Shown here: one piece after another, positions 34,250 to 48,360 of the stretch
How positions within the stretch are numbered: position 1 is the first letter of the stretch
Layout: every line of letters begins with the position of its first letter
NCBI RefSeq assembly: GCF_025526975.1
Contig: NW_026515682.1
Coordinates: 124,001-188,000 of the forward strand
Source: Fimicolochytrium jonesii
Taxonomy: Eukaryota
DNA: 64,000 nucleotides
Direction of reading: 5' to 3'
Notes under the pieces: model-generated
Told to the model about the DNA's origin: nothing
Database searches by the model: none
The model's input: the letters and a program-made list of their open reading frames with translations, nothing else
Made by a program: the position numbers and the translations under genes

Positions 34250-35619
34250 TTAAGCTAACAGTACGTACTTCTGAAGCCGCTCCGGGATGTGGTGGAACAA
34301 CTTCTTCCCTTCCAGCCATGATTTGCTGAATAAGCGTGATTGATACCTATACGCTCCATCGCAGATGACAGTCGCGATTTTCTTTCCCGGCCCCATTTTT
34401 TTTGCCATCTCCACTGCAGCAACAACATTGAGTGCCGAACTAGCCCCAACAAAAATGCCCTCCTCATCCAACAGCCTGTACACCATCGCGATGGTCTGCG
34501 AATCAGGAATATGCAAGGCATCATCGAGTAAATCCCAGTCGGGGGCGAGGTTGTCTGTCAGTCTTCCCTGACCGATCCCTTCCGTAATGGACGATTCTCC
34601 GGTGCGCACGAGCTCGCCCTGCTTTTTGTATGCATACAAAACCGAGCCGGGGGGATCCGCTATAAAGCATTTGATGCGTCCATTCGATTTCTCTTTGAGG
34701 AAACGTGTAATGCCGGCTAGAGTGCCACCTGTGCCTGTCGAGCAGGTGAAGCCATCAAGTTGGCCACCATTCGTTTGACGCCAGATCTCCGGACCAGTGG
34801 TCTCGATGTGAGCTTGACGGTTCGCAATCTATGCGTTTTGTTAGAATCCCAGCAACATGAGTTATAAAGGCCCTTTATGACATTGCTCTTCGCAGAATGG
34901 ACGTTGAAAATCATACGTTGTCAAATTGGTTCGTCCAAACGGCGTTCGATACGCTTTCAGCATAATCCCGTGCCTGATGATTGTAATTCGAGGGGTCCGT
35001 GAAGGGCACTGCTGGCACTGGTCGAACGTCGGCTCCCAGCATGCGCAGCAAGTCAATCTTTTCCTGACTCTGCGTATTCGGCATGTATCTGCAAGGAAGC
35101 GGTTGACATTAGCGTCGCTGCAAGGGGCGAGAACGCACCTTTCCGCCAAGAGCTTACATGACCAGGTTGTAACCTAAGGAACGGCAAATGTGCGCCAATC
35201 CTATCCCTGTGTTTCCTGCCGTCCCTTCGACAACCGTCCCACCCGGTTTCAAGAGCCCAAGTTCCTCAGCGTTTCTTACAACATATAGGGCGGCGCGATC
35301 TTTGACAGAACCTAAGTGACGGGAGTTAAAACCAGTACGTGTGTGGGAGGATGCACACGGAGCTGGCTATACCTCCAGGGTTCATCCACTCTGCCTTCCC
35401 GTAGATGTCGCATCCCGTCTCCTGGCTGACTCTGTTCAATCGTATCAGCGGGGTGTTACCGACAGCCCCAACCAGCGTGTCCACAACCGTGGCATCCGTG
35501 CCAATTTTCGAATAGCTTCGGAAGGGCGTGCGAGGTAACAGAACCGGGGAGCGGCTGGACTGCAACAGTCTAGCGCTCTGCCGTATCAGTATCGTAGTTG
35601 CAGTAGTGGAGGTGCGCAT
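34250..35619 (-). CDS. Cysteine synthase (PLP-dependent O-acetylserine sulfhydrylase) with probable mitochondrial presequence, multi-exon
   Basis: [77 protein letters not shown]; Arg/Ser-rich N-terminus. Confidence 0.93.
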
Positions 35620-36648
35620 TGCTAGTTCTCGAGGGAAGAAATCGTGTGAGTGGAGGGTTCGTGTGGTGTCAGTTCCCGAAACCTTTTCTGCGTAAGGTGC
35701 GCGCTCACACGGGGGTGCCGAGGAGCGGAGAGGGGTTGACGCACAGACCGACGTCCCTCTCGCATACAGTATGGGCTTTGGGCGTGGGCGTTGGGAAGAA
35801 GGGTTGCGCGTTCGGGAGAGTGTGCAGTTCGCAGGCGGCGCCGCGTGTGTGAGGCCGCGAGATCGCATGCGGGCGTGGTCTTCAGTTGCGACGCGCGCTT
35901 GTCATCGACCACCCGCCCTTCCTCCGACAACCACTGCAAACAGATCACGACTACTTCCGAATCCAGACGGGTGTTCACATGTCCATGAATTGACTTTCCA
36001 GAGAAGCTCTCTCCCTCTACTGTAGTGTTGCTGCTAGCTAAGTTTTTTGTTGTTACTTCGCATATATACTCGCTTCTATGTCTATGTCTGTGTCCAGGAG
36101 TGGGATGATGACGGTGGAAGGCGAATGGGAGTTGGTTGGGGAGGAAGCCTTGTGTGATTACGATGAATGATGCTTCTAATTCGGTTGGATGTGTTGCTAT
36201 GCCGCCTATGAAGCTTTTGGCGAGGATGGGTCCAAGCTTCGGTTTTGGAGCGCGAGGTCCGGAAAGGGCGCGTTTTGGCAGACTTTTAGAAAACGCACAT
36301 TTTTTTGAGATGTTGCTGGCACCTTTTAGTGGACTGCTTTTTGTTCTGTTTTGGTTCAAGTCTTCTTTATTACATACATGACATTTTCCTTACACTGGGC
36401 GTTACAGTTTGCCACAATGGGGTGACCGCACGGCCTTAGCGCCTGCTTGATCCGCATTCGAGGCATGGATGGTGTCTCGCTCGTTTCATTCAATCCCATT
36501 TTTGATATCGTGCGCCGTTCCCTCCTGCACGACCGTGTCTCAGCCCTCTACATACATCCCTTTCAATCAAAACCCACACATCATCGTCCATCCTGATCCC
36601 CAACACCTCAATCACACCCATCCCCCGCACTTACCCCCACCCTCTGAT

Positions 36649-37683
36649 CTACTCAGTCTTCCCCAACGTCAACCTCGTCAAATGAAAATCCGCCAACCGC
36701 CGCTGGTTGACATCCGACAGATGGATGTTGTCGCTCTCCTTCCACCGCTGGCTGACTGTTTCGAGTTTCTTGTGCATTTTCCCTAGTGTTTCCTGCCAAA
36801 AAAAAAGCATCATATAGGGTTCATCCGAGAGGAAGACGTGGACAATGGATGTTTTTTGTGATACTTACATTGAGCATGCTTTCAAACTCGTTAGACATGT
36901 ACGACATCTTCTGGTGCTGGTCTTCGAGCGCAGCTTCTTTTTCAGCGACGATCTGCGCGCATTCACGGAGGGATTCTGCTAGGGCTGCTTGGGAGGCCGC
37001 TGAAAAACAAATGAAAGGGGGCGGGGGGGGAGGGTGATCAGTGAGGGGGGGGGGGGGGGGGGGGGGCTCTTATGGACACGTTCTGCTCGCCTTTGCTTGG
37101 CCCCATACTCACCCAGCCTCCCTCCCAACTCCGCCACAGTCCCCTCCAACCCCGCCACCTTTGCACACATCTCGCTCTGCATCGCCTTATACTGCCGCCC
37201 CATGTCCGTGCTCAGATCCATCCGATCCTTCCCCTTGCGTTCCACCACGTCCTCCAAATCTGTTATACGCGCACGTTGGGACTCGATGGTGAGTTGGAGA
37301 CGGTGGGAGAGGCTGGATTGGTGGGCTACATGAACGAATACATGCACAGAGAAAGAGAGGGAGAAAGAGAGTGAAGAAATGAACACGGAAGATGGACGCG
37401 GGGGGCTTGTTTTGTTTTTGTTTTTCACGTACCGAGCTCCCTGGTAAGCGCCTCATTCTCCGCTGCGGCTTTCACGAGTTTTTCTTGGAGTTCCAGATCC
37501 TGGCCAACTGAACGGAAAGCGTTAGCCTGCGTTGGATGTGATATTTTTTTTTTTTGGCAACCCTGCCCGTCCCTCCGGGTGAGAGAGAGAGAGAGACAGA
37601 GGGAGAGGGAACGCACCTACTTCTTTACTCTTGGAATTCTTTTTGGCACCGCTGGCGGATGCGGGTTTCTTTTTTGGCGGCAT
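36649..37683 (-). CDS. CCDC153: CCDC153/DRC12-like flagellar dynein-regulatory-complex coiled-coil protein, multi-exon
   Basis: Spliced reading MPPKKKPASASGAKKNSKSKE...AAAENEALTREL...DLSTDMGRQYKAMQSEM...MSYMSNEFESMLNETLGKMHKKLETVSQRW...RRLADFHL follows the recalled CCDC153 pattern (MPPK start, MxRQ, YEEIL...QQW...QFGL). Confidence 0.75.
37017..37066 (+). repeat. G-tract (G22 at 37045-37066 plus adjacent G runs) in a CCDC153 intron
   Basis: Homopolymer visible directly in the sequence. Confidence 0.9.
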
Positions 37684-38100
37684 TTTTTTGTGGAGGCGGG
37701 TGGATGTGTGTTTATGTACAATATATGGAGGTCGGAAGGGCTCTGTTTATCGTCCTTTTTTTGCGGGGAAGATTGCAGAGAACAGCGAAGAACGCAAGAT
37801 GTAATTCGAACACCGAATGTGCCGAAGATGCAAGATCGCCAAATCTTGTAAAAAAAAACACCGAGTTGAGAAAGAGGTGCACCGAGCGGGGGGCGGGGGG
37901 GGGGGAGGGGGGGCGTCTATGTAGGTCGAAACGAGGAGGTGCTGCCTCAAGGTCAAGCAGGTCAAGACGCGTTGGCCTGCGTTGGCTCTTCTCGCGAGAA
38001 TCCCGTGAAAGCCCTAGGAAGCGGCGTGCCAGCCTGGACCTCTCCGTCTGTTGCTCAACTTCGCCCGATGAACCCCCTACATATACCCGTTAGGTGCATC

Positions 38101-40165
38101 ATGCTGAAAGGAGGTGCCCCGAGGACGCTCCACCGCTATGCGCCGGTCATCCTTCGGCAAATCGGCAGCCCTCGATGCCCGGCAACTTTGCGGCAGTCAG
38201 CACGAGCCCTGAACTCCAACGCAACGCGGTTTCGGAGGAATTTACTCTCGAAATTCCTGGTTCCCACCGCCAAGTCGTCCCGGGGAACAGATAGCGGAGG
38301 CCAGGTCGCTGCCAGTCATGGGTTGCTATTACGCGCCGGGCTTATTCGCCAGGTAAGCCCACATAGTGCACTGCCGCAGTTCTCACCATTGCGACACTAA
38401 CCTGTACTTTCAAGTCTGCTGCAGGCATATACAGCTTTCTACCGCTGGGATTGAGAATTTTGGAGAAGCTTGAGAAGCTGATCGATCGGGAGATGCGGAG
38501 TGTCGGTACGGTACCACATGAGGGGATATCCAGGGTTGCGCCTCACTGGGATAACTGACGAGGGATGTTGATAGATGGACAGAAGGTTGCCCTGCCATGC
38601 ATATTACCATCAGACGGATGGAAAAAGACTGGGCGCTGGGAGTCCACAGGGAGCGAGGTGGGTACTTCCTATGGTTGGGCGTAAACGTGGGCCAAGCCGA
38701 CTTGCTGAATCATCAATTTGCGTACAGATGTTTAAGCTGAATGATCGGAAAGGCAGCGAGTTCTGCTTAGCCCCTACGCACGAAGAAGAAATCACACAGC
38801 TGGTGGCGTCTGAGATCACGTCGTGGAAACAGTTACCGTTGAGGCTATACCAGATTGGTGAGGTCGATACTTGCTGGCTAACACATCATATGAACCAGGC
38901 TGAATCTCGGCCGACTAGGTCGAAAGTATCGGGACGAAGCCCGTCCGCGGTCAGGCCTCCTCCGAGCACGGGAGTTCATCATGAAAGACATGTACACTTT
39001 CGATGCGTCGGAGGACGCTGCACGCCGTACATATGAAGAAGTCCGAGGCGCGTACGACAGGATCCTCAACGAGATTGGGATACCATTTGCGGCCGCGGAG
39101 GCAGATACAGGGAACATTGGAGGGTCGACGAGCCATGAGTATCATTTCCTCTCACCAGGTAATTTGCATCTTCATTCCTTCTGCAGATGTTTTTTTGGCG
39201 TTCGCTAATACCTGTGCGTAGCTGGGGAGGATACCGTTCTGCGATGCAGCAACTGCGGCTACACTGCGAATGATGAGCGAGCGAGCGGTGTTATCAACAC
39301 GAATCGTTTGCCAGCGGAACACCTACGCCTCCGGTACGAGGAGGTTAATTCCGGCAAACATGGCTTTGCGCGGGTTGAAGTTCCCAAAGGCAGGAGCGTC
39401 AACTTCATCAAATTGAAGAAGGCCGCCCCGGAAGGAATCACACTGGGGAACGACACCACCGCGCATGATGGAGATGCGACAGACAGTCTGGTCTTCGTGG
39501 ATAAGAATGTCCCAGTATCCGAGGTTCATAGCGGCAAGAGTAATGTGATCCAGGGAGACTTCATAACAATTCAAGAAGGAGACGGGTGTCCTCACTGCCA
39601 CGCCTCCACCACAAAACCTTCGACTACCATACAGCACGCTCTCGCCTCCTCTCGCGCCATCGAGATCGGCCACACGTTTTTACTCGGCACGAAGTACTCC
39701 AGGGCGCTCAACGCCATGATCAAAGACAACAAGAACGAGCTCCAGCCCATCCAAATGGGCTGCTATGGCATCGGCGTTACACGTATGATCGCAGCTATAG
39801 TTGAAGCTAGTCGCGACGAGAATGGAATCAAGTGGCCGGGGAGCATCGCCCCGTTTAGAGTGTGCGTGATTCCGTTCTTGAACAAGAAGTCTTCGACTGA
39901 GGAGATGGACGCAATCGAAGACGGTGTGAAAGCACTTTATGAGGGCTTGCGGGGCAAGCTAGACGAGGAAGATATTGTTGTGGATGATCGCGCAGACATG
40001 AGTTTCGGGTTCAAAATGAAGGATGGGCTACTGGTGGGGTACCCCCATATGATCATTCTCGGCAAAAAGTATTTACAGGAGGGTTTGGTTGAGGTGCACT
40101 CTCGGACTACCGGCACCGTTGAGTATTGCAAGGTTGCTGATATTGGGGCATTCGTGGATCGATAG
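38101..40165 (+). CDS. Mitochondrial (bacterial-type) prolyl-tRNA synthetase, multi-exon
   Basis: [103 protein letters not shown], anticodon-binding domain. Confidence 0.95.
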
Positions 40166-40411
40166 ATTGTGCAATGACTTGCATAGGTCTTTGGCGGCGT
40201 AAGATAACGTATTTATGCAGATAGACTAGATTGAGGCCATGCGCCATGATGTGCGCACACATGTCTATTGGTTGTCTGTATGAGGTTTGTCGCTCGAATC
40301 GACAAAGGCTTGGCAGATTGCCAGGAGGAAGATCGAGAGGCTGATGCACTGCGTGCCATCGCAGACGAGCCGAACTTGGTGCCACCGCCAATCGGAAGTA
40401 ACCCGTGAGTT

Positions 40412-41392
40412 CTACTTGAAGATCGAAGCAATGGTGTCCTTCACGTTCTTCACAGCGTCATCAACAAATGTGAATCCTCGGCTCCCACTTCCGCTGGGCT
40501 GATATGCGATGTTTCCCCCTTGCGCAATGTTTCGGAACGTGCGAGGGTACAGATAGACAAATGCGGCGAGCGCGAAGGCCGGCGGAGTTAGAGCTCGGAG
40601 TCCAAGTGATCCTGTAAAGCGCGCGTTCAGCTGCGTTTTCACAACAGTGGATGGACCAAGCAAGAACATACGTCGTTTAGTCAGTATAGATCCGGCAAAT
40701 CCCGCTAGCGTGACGTACAGCACGCCTGGCACATAGTTCTCGTCGTCCGCCTTGTAGCGCCCAATCGTCCCTATACGACCATGACACGTCAGCATGCAGC
40801 AAGACAACCCCAGCAGTCCTGCGTAGACAGCGCACCTCCGATCTTCTGCTCAACTTTGATCCATTCATTAACAAGTTTTTGCGCTTGAGCACGGGTAGTG
40901 GAAAATGCTGCTGTCACGGTATGTCTTGTCTGGGAACAGCAACGGCCATGTTATCGATGTGGCCACGGTCTTTGCCGGTATCCGCCTATGCAGATTTCCT
41001 TTCCCCTACCTCTCGAATCGCCAACTCCAGCGAGCTTGGTTCCTCCGGTCTGACGGTCAGGTCACTTGGACCGTCATAGATGCTAAGTTTCTCTCGTGGC
41101 GGGACGTACGCTGCCAGAGCTGCCGAAGATGGTTTCGACGATGACCCCTCAGTATGTACATCCTTCGCTGTTACTGTAAGGACCGCTAATGCTCCTGCCG
41201 ACAAGCCAAGCACCAGGGCTGCTCTTCTTTGCTAAGTGGTAGAGGTTTTGAGTCCATTTTCCCACTGTCGGCCGACGGCTGTGAGCAGATCGACTGCAAG
41301 CCATCCTTTGAACTTACGCTTGCATTTGGTCCCGGGTGTGGAATTGCTATTACTTTGCTTCTCGCAACTCTCGGGGCGTAACGAAAGGACAT
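40412..41392 (-). CDS. MIC26: MICOS subunit Mic26/Mic27 (apolipoprotein O family), multi-exon
   Basis: PREKLSIYD; ENYVPGVLYVTLAGFAGSILTKR; RALTPPAFALAAFVYLYPRT. Confidence 0.8.
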
Positions 41393-42559
41393 GGCTGATG
41401 GCGATGAGTCGTAAGTATTGAGGCGGCAGTTGGAGGTTCAATGCCAGAGGTGCCGGAAGAGCGGAAGTATCATCCAACAGGGCCGGAATTAAAGTGTTTT
41501 TTATGTCACATGACAGACGCGGATGGAACATTCAGAGACGGCCAGAAACGGCCTTGTTCGACGCTCATCTTGAGGGAATTGCGACCATCCACCACTCCAT
41601 CGTAGAGCCCAAGTGACGGTCGACACTCGAGCAGAACCCACGCTCGATACCTCAGCAGCCGTCGCTCGATACCGTACCGGAGGGATTTCGACCAGAACCA
41701 CCTCGCTCAACGCCCTATCGGCGATACCGGCTGCTTGAGGGACGGCGGCGGCGGCTCTCGGGTGATAGCAACCTGTCAACGCAGAGAGGGGATAAGGAGA
41801 GATATATGCTAGTACGCGTTCGATGAGGAGGAAAAGAAAACAGCAAACACCAAGCTACGAAAGGCGTTGGAGCCAAGCAAGGAAACAGAAGTCTAGAAGC
41901 TCAGGAACAGAGAGATGCAGATGTGAAGAGAGAAAAGGATGTAGAAAACCCTGCCAAGGAGCGCAAAAGTCCCGCAACAACAGCGATAGAAGATTGAGGA
42001 GTATGTGGATAACGTGCTCAATTTGCTCTTTTACCTAGCGAAAAAAGCGATAGGGAGTTGGGATAGAGAGTGGGATTCGAGACAGGTAGAAGGGGACAGA
42101 GAGAGCACATAGAAAGAGAGACGGAGAGGCGTCCACATATACAGGGAGATGAGATGATCGGACCTGTTATTATAGAACCAATGATATCTGTGAATCAGCT
42201 GTAAGATAGATCAATAAATGTGAACCATTGGTCGAGGAGTATTTATTTTCAAGAAAAGCCACTTTGGGATGGCGTTCGGGACAAGTAACAGTTACTGACA
42301 CCGAGGAAGACTATGGGGGAGAGCCACCACGTATGGAGAATGACAATGCCGACAGGCGGCTCGAGCGTTTGCGAAGGAGGTGTGGATAAATGTCCGGATG
42401 GGTCTGTTTGACAGCAGTTTTCAGATGCGCAAACGGTCTGTGACTCTCCCGATGACATAACTCCCTGCCGCGTCCCCGCCGACGCGCTCCCATTCCATCC
42501 GAGAACGGATCAAGTGTCGAGCTTCCCAATACCATTCAGCTGCAACAACCGGCCTAGCG

Positions 42560-44357
42560 ATGCTACCAGCCATAACATCGGTGCAGGCTCAGTCGCAGCA
42601 CAGAAGCCCTAGTCGAGCTTCCGGCCGGAGGACCGCATCCACTTCCACAAAAGCCCATAACTCGGAAACTCTGCGAACAAAGAGGTGTGTGGTATTTTGC
42701 TTCGTTCTCTTCTTTCAACCAGCTCCACGCTAAAAGAGCTCAGCTTCCAGAAAACCAGTGCCATTGACAGAGACATTATGTTTGGAATTGCTCAAAGGAG
42801 GACATGTGCAATCGTATATCGATTTCTTTCGGACGACAATCGCCCAGCCGTCGGAGCATACCGAGTCGGCGAATGATATGCTGGAATATAAAGGATTGTT
42901 GACAAATGCAGAAAATAATCAAAGAAATGGTGGGTGCTCCCCGGGTTCATTTAATATGAATGCACTGTTAACACATGGCCTCCAATCCGTCATCAGGCAA
43001 TCTCAAATCTATCTACGAATCTAAAAAGAACGTGGCGAGATTTTTTCAGCAACATGGGAAACATGAGGTCGCTATCAGCCACTACTGGGACTCGCTAAAG
43101 ATCGCGGAACAACTGAAAGGCGATGACGCGGTCGAAGTTGAGGCGACCAGAAATCTGGGTCAGGAGCTGGAAAGCAATGGTGAGGAGCCGTTCTCCTGAC
43201 TGGCTCGGCGCGGATGGGACTTCCACGGGTGACGTACATTAGCTCACCCTGCATCCGCATGCATCCAGGTCATGTTGAGGAATCTTCTAAAATGTACGAA
43301 AGGAGTCGGCGGCTCGCGAGGGAGAGATCGTTGACCGAAGCAGAGCATCTCGCGGCGAAGAACTTAGTGAGCGTGCGCATGCGGATAGCCAAGCAGGTAG
43401 GAAGATGCCTCGTTTTTTTTGGGAGGGTGGCCAGATGAACCATACTTATGGCAGAGAATCACATCCAGCAAGAGAAGCAGAAAAATTTCGCAGATGCTAT
43501 TGGGCAATACAAGCATTGCGTACAAATACTGGAGGAGAGTTGCCCGGATGAGGCCACGCTGAATGATTTAAGCTACCGTTTAGCACGCGCCCACCAGCAG
43601 AATGGGGATACTGCACAAGCTATTGAGGTGAGACACCGATCGCCGAAGGCTTTGCACAGCGGGACGTGCCTAGTCTAATCTTCGTCGCGAATACTCAGCT
43701 CCTGGAGAATCTATTGGCAAAGGCGCAAAAGCCGGAGGGACATCTTAAACTAGGGTGGGCTCGGGCGGTATTGGCATCATGCCACGAAAGGTTAGTCAAG
43801 AAAGGATTGCTGCAATGTAGATCGCGGAACATAGGACCTGATATCCTGTGTGTTTCAGTGCTGGCAACCTGAAAGCGGCCACGGAATGCTTGCTAATGTT
43901 CCTACGGATCAGCGAAGAGGAAAACTCGCCAAAATCGCTTCAGGCGCAGGCGTGCAATCAGCTTGGAAATCTATACAACAAGATGGGAGAGTACAGCCTC
44001 GCGGTGGAATATTTCGAGCGACATTATACATTGTCTTCGGGGGCATCCACGGCTGCTACCGCAGGGCCGGAAGTGGGTGCTGCTAGGAATGCCGATTTGC
44101 AAAATCAGATAAAATCTCGAGCCAGCAGCGCCGCAAGGGACAGCAGAAGGAGGGAGTCGGCCGTTGAGATCGCAGAGGCTGAGGTAGGCGGCGGTGTCGG
44201 AGTTGCGGAGATTCAAGTGGGGATATCTAGGGCAAATGCGCATATGCAGCAGTTCCTGGACCTTGTGAAGAGCGAGAAGAACTTGCACAAACTGTTGAAG
44301 TGGAAAGCACAGCGATCATTTGAAGTCTTCGAGGGGAACGAACAGGGGGTGGTGTAG
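42560..44357 (+). CDS. TTC29: Tetratricopeptide repeat protein 29-like (flagellar), multi-exon
   Basis: LCLELLKGGHVQSYIDFF, LTNAENNQRNG, QACNQLGNLYNKMGEYSLAVEYFERHY and VGISRANAHM...LLKWK resemble recalled TTC29 blocks; TPR-like helical repeats. Confidence 0.75.
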
Positions 44358-44512
44358 GCTAGAATTCAAAGCATCACAAAATAAAGTGCAAGTGTCTGAG
44401 AAAGGATTACACAAGAGAACTGTACAGCGAGGTCCTGGATAACCAACAAATATCCTACTCTACGGATGGTCGGGCAGCGTTGCTGTCGTAGATATCTAGG
44501 AAGCGTCTTGGG

Positions 44513-46596
44513 TTAGGCGGAAGCCTCCCACCCGGTCTGAGTTTCAGTGCCGTCGCACTCACCTGCTATCTCGTCCAAAATTGTGTCCCCTTCCTGGATT
44601 TGTATAGAAATATCTTCCGACAGATCGGCCGAAACGTCCATACCATGCCCTTGCTGACAAAGCTGCGCGGAGCATAGCAGTTTACCTTGAGCCATCGGAG
44701 AAGATAGAGCAAAGCGAAAAACGCGGAACTTACCCTCTCATTTTCCACCAAAGTCTCCTCCAGCGCGTCCCGGAGTTCTGTAGCTTCGTTTTGCGCCAAT
44801 TCTAGATCTGCATGGGCTTTATACAGGCTGACTTGGGTACTCAGCAGATTGGTACGCAGGTCTTCGGAGCATTCGACGCTCTCCCTGTACTTCTCTTCAA
44901 GCTCCAGTAAGGCAATGGCTTTGGGCTCAAGCTCCATCACCACATCGTAGTAATCCTTCAACTCCTGCTCTGCAATCTCTTGGTTCTCCTTGAGTTGCTT
45001 GATCGTGTCATTTTGCTCCGACACAATCCTCTCAAACTTCGAAAGGAGAGCAGGGAGGGTACGCTGCTTCGGGATTTCAGGATCGTCACGCTCTTCGACA
45101 TCCGGATTGGAGGCAGCACTGCTAACGTTGTCGATGAAGCCCCAGAAATGCTCCAATTGCGCTGGTTCTAAGAACAGGTCCTGGTTGACTCTTGAGAGCG
45201 CAGCAATACGCTCCTCCATAGCATGCTTGTACCGTTCGAATTCTGTCTCCAATTGTCGATGCTCGATTGCCAACGTCTGTGACTCATCTGCATTCTGTGC
45301 CAGAAGCTTCTTGGTCGCCTTCAGAGCTTTGTTCAGCTCTTCTTGTTCCCTCTCCGCGATTTCGAGTAGCTCGCTAACGGCCTTCAGATTCTCCTCTTTA
45401 ACTTCACAGCCCTCGCAGCCCCCATCTTTCCTATCAGCTACGCACGACAGCGTCGTTTGCGAGTGGCCCTCTTGCGCAGACTGCCGAGCGGCTCCTTTCG
45501 CGTTCCAAGCATTTTCCTTGCGGATCATTTCTAGCTGTAGATTCTCGATTTCTTCGTCTTTCTCGAGCAGCTTGTACTCGGCTTGCATTACGATCTCCTC
45601 CAATTGGCGTGTCAAGCTTCTCGCTTCCTCGGCCTCTTGCTTGCGCGCCTCAATCTCAATTTGAAAGCGATCTGCCCGAGCAATCTCGCGCGCAAATTTC
45701 TCCTCCAAGTTTTTCAAATCGTCGTTCCTGGCGGCAAGGGCGCGCTGCAGAAGAGCCATTGGGGTGGATTTCTGCGCGGACTTCTCAGGGTCCAAGGTTT
45801 CCGGTGACGAGAAGCTCTCATCGGTGCCAAACTTGCTATGTTTGAGAACATTTGCATCCAACGCGTCCAGCGCATTGCGAATCGGATTTATGTTCAAGAG
45901 AGTAGGATCGAATGCTTCGTCTTGATCCTGTGGATCGCCCATTGTGTCAGTCCATGATGCTATTGAGTAATGAGGCTGAAATCGCACTTACGCTGTCCGC
46001 AAACGACTGTGACTCTTTAGATTCTTGGCTCGATTTGGTACTCGCGCGAGTTTTTCTTTTTGTCGTTGTCAGCTTCTCGCCATCATTATCCTGCTTCCCA
46101 TCCCACTGGAATGTCAGTGCACGATGAAAAGGAGGCCGACCTACTTTTCAAGGGATTCTGACATGCCTTATGATTCTTGACACGGTCCTTGTAAACTTTC
46201 ACTGTCGGACGTTTGATTGATTTCCCGTCGGCCTTTGGTGGTAGATTCTGGACGATATGGTACGGTCAGCCCTCCGTCAATAGAGGGTACTTCATTGGCG
46301 AGGTCAGTACCTTTGATACGTTAGGATTTGCTTTCTGCAGGGCGCTCTGTGCGGCCGTCGGTAGCCTTGAAGCGTTGATAGGAACCTTGGAGGTCTGGGA
46401 AGCGACTAATGGGTGAACAGGGCCATTCCTGTCCAAGTTACAGTGATCGAGCACCCACCTTCCATTGTAACAACAACTCTTCCCGGGTGAGTTTACGATG
46501 TTCCATTCCACTTTTGGTTCCCGCCCCGAACTGCGGCAGAAGAGACTTCAAAGCTTCGTTCTCCTTATCGTCGTTCGTAACGCTGCTCTTTATCAT
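44513..46596 (-). CDS. Long coiled-coil protein of unknown function (5' exons tentative)
   Basis: The 473-codon ORF 44566-45987 is E/K/L-rich with heptad pattern. A putative first exon from ATG 46596 (MIKSSVTNDDKENEALK...EELLLQWK) ends at a GT donor. Confidence 0.6.
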
Positions 46597-47150
46597 CGTC
46601 TTTCCGTATAGTTACTCCCCGGCCTTTTCGGAGGTCCTGTCCCTTCCTGTTTGGCCCTGGTGGTGCTCGCCGCGTGCTCAATGCGTACTGTGCACTGTAA
46701 AAGTCTCAAGGACGCGTTGGGGCGATGTCGGACCTCCGCTTCAGAGATGTTGACGAGACTTTCAAAGCGCGTGGTGGAAGCGCTTGTGCGTTGTGAATGA
46801 CTTGCCGAGTCCTCCGCTGAAAGAGAGGAAGCCCTCCCCTGCTCTTGCGTCGTTGACAAAATGTCGAGGTCCGATGGCTATTTTCCCACGCCCGCTCTAG
46901 TAGATCTTCGTCCCTTCGCGAAGTCCGAACGAAAGCGACGAACGAGAGTGGGAATGGCTGCGCCACATGAGCTTTCGTCATAATCGACAAGTTGACCCCG
47001 CGGTGTTCTATTGTTGCTTTCGTAGGAACGAGAGGAACGCATTTGCCGCCCCAGCTGCTTTTTCGCTGCTTCCCGTCAGCTCTCCACTCGCGAAGATCAA
47101 GGCTTACTACTGTACAACCCAAAGCACTTTTACTCTCCAACCGCAACATA

Positions 47151-48360
47151 ATGTCTGACTGGGGTAAGTGTGACCGAAGCCCTGTGAAATTTTTTGAGTC
47201 TCACTCTAAGTGGGTGGACAGTTGAGTCTATGGCAGCAACGTGTGAAAACTCGTTCTCCAAAAGAGCTGGTCTACCTGTGCTAAGTTGCTTTGCATACGT
47301 GTACTTACAGAAAACGAAGACGAGGACGTGGGTACGCCGGTCATTTCCGTTGCCGCCAAGGGTGCCTGGGACGACGAGGACGCCTCCGACGACGACGTGA
47401 AAGACGCATGGGACGCCTCAGACGAGGAGGGAGAGAAGACCGCTGAGCAAAAGAGCTCATCAACGTCAGCCGCAGCACCGAAGAAGAAGAAGACTTTGGC
47501 CCAAAAAATTGCGGAGAGAAAGGAGGAAGAGGAGAGGAAACGGGCAGAATTTGCTCAAAAGGTGTGTGTTTCGCATAGAGGGCGTCGGGAGTCGAATTTT
47601 GCGGGCTACCGTAATCGCGTGGGCGTCATCGGACGGGAATGTCTGCAACATATACGATGGAAAGTCGGTTGTGCTTCTGAGAGATCTAGATCTGACCTGA
47701 ATGCCTTCCACTATAGCAAGCGAAATCGACCGCAGATGACGACGAATATCCGGACGAAACGCCAGAGGAGAGGAAAGCTCGCCTCCAGCAGGCCGTCGTT
47801 GAGGCTGATTTGCAGAACGCCAAAGATCTATTCGGTGCTGTTCCTGCAGGCCAACCTGCCGCGAGCAACTCAAAACTAGAAACTATGAACCCTACGACGA
47901 AGTTGGACTTTGACGAATACCTCAAGGAAGTCAATGAGAAGTTCTCTACATTCGAGGTATGATCTTGGCAAACCGCCCTTACCGGAAACGGCATGTCCAC
48001 ATAAGCTAATTGTCACACATCAACCAGTCCAAGGCCCAGTATTCCTACTTCGTCGAGTCCCTTGTCCGATCGCTCCTCGTGCCCCTGAATCTCGAGGACA
48101 CGAGGCGGATCTCGTCTTCTGTGACAGCCATGATCAACGAGAAGCAAAAGGCCCAAAAGACAGTTGGGGGCAAGAAGAAGGCGCGGAAGAAGGCGGCGCT
48201 GAAGTCTGGACCGGGAGCTGAAGGAGGAATAGATACCACGAATTACGATGGTGCGTCGCCCCTGTCGAGGACATGACACTGTGTATGACTTGAATTTACC
48301 TGTTTCTCACACTACCGTTCTTCCACAGATGTCTATGACGATTACGAAGACTTTATGTAA
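47151..48360 (+). CDS. HCR1: Translation initiation factor eIF3 subunit J, multi-exon
   Basis: MSDW, WDDED...VKDAWD, KKKKTLAQKIAERKEEEE, EADLQNAKDLFG, INEKQKAQK, C-terminus YDDYEDFM*. Confidence 0.93.

Noticed and set aside
35622..36381. 245-aa minus-strand ORF and overlapping short ORFs upstream of cysteine synthase
   Set aside because: No recognisable domain, it runs into the promoter region, and I found no terminal repeats or target duplication.
41560..42240. Purine-rich stretch with a short CGCTCGATACC repeat between MIC26 and TTC29
   Set aside because: It could be a decayed gene or transposon fragment, but it is broken by stops and I recognise no family or termini.
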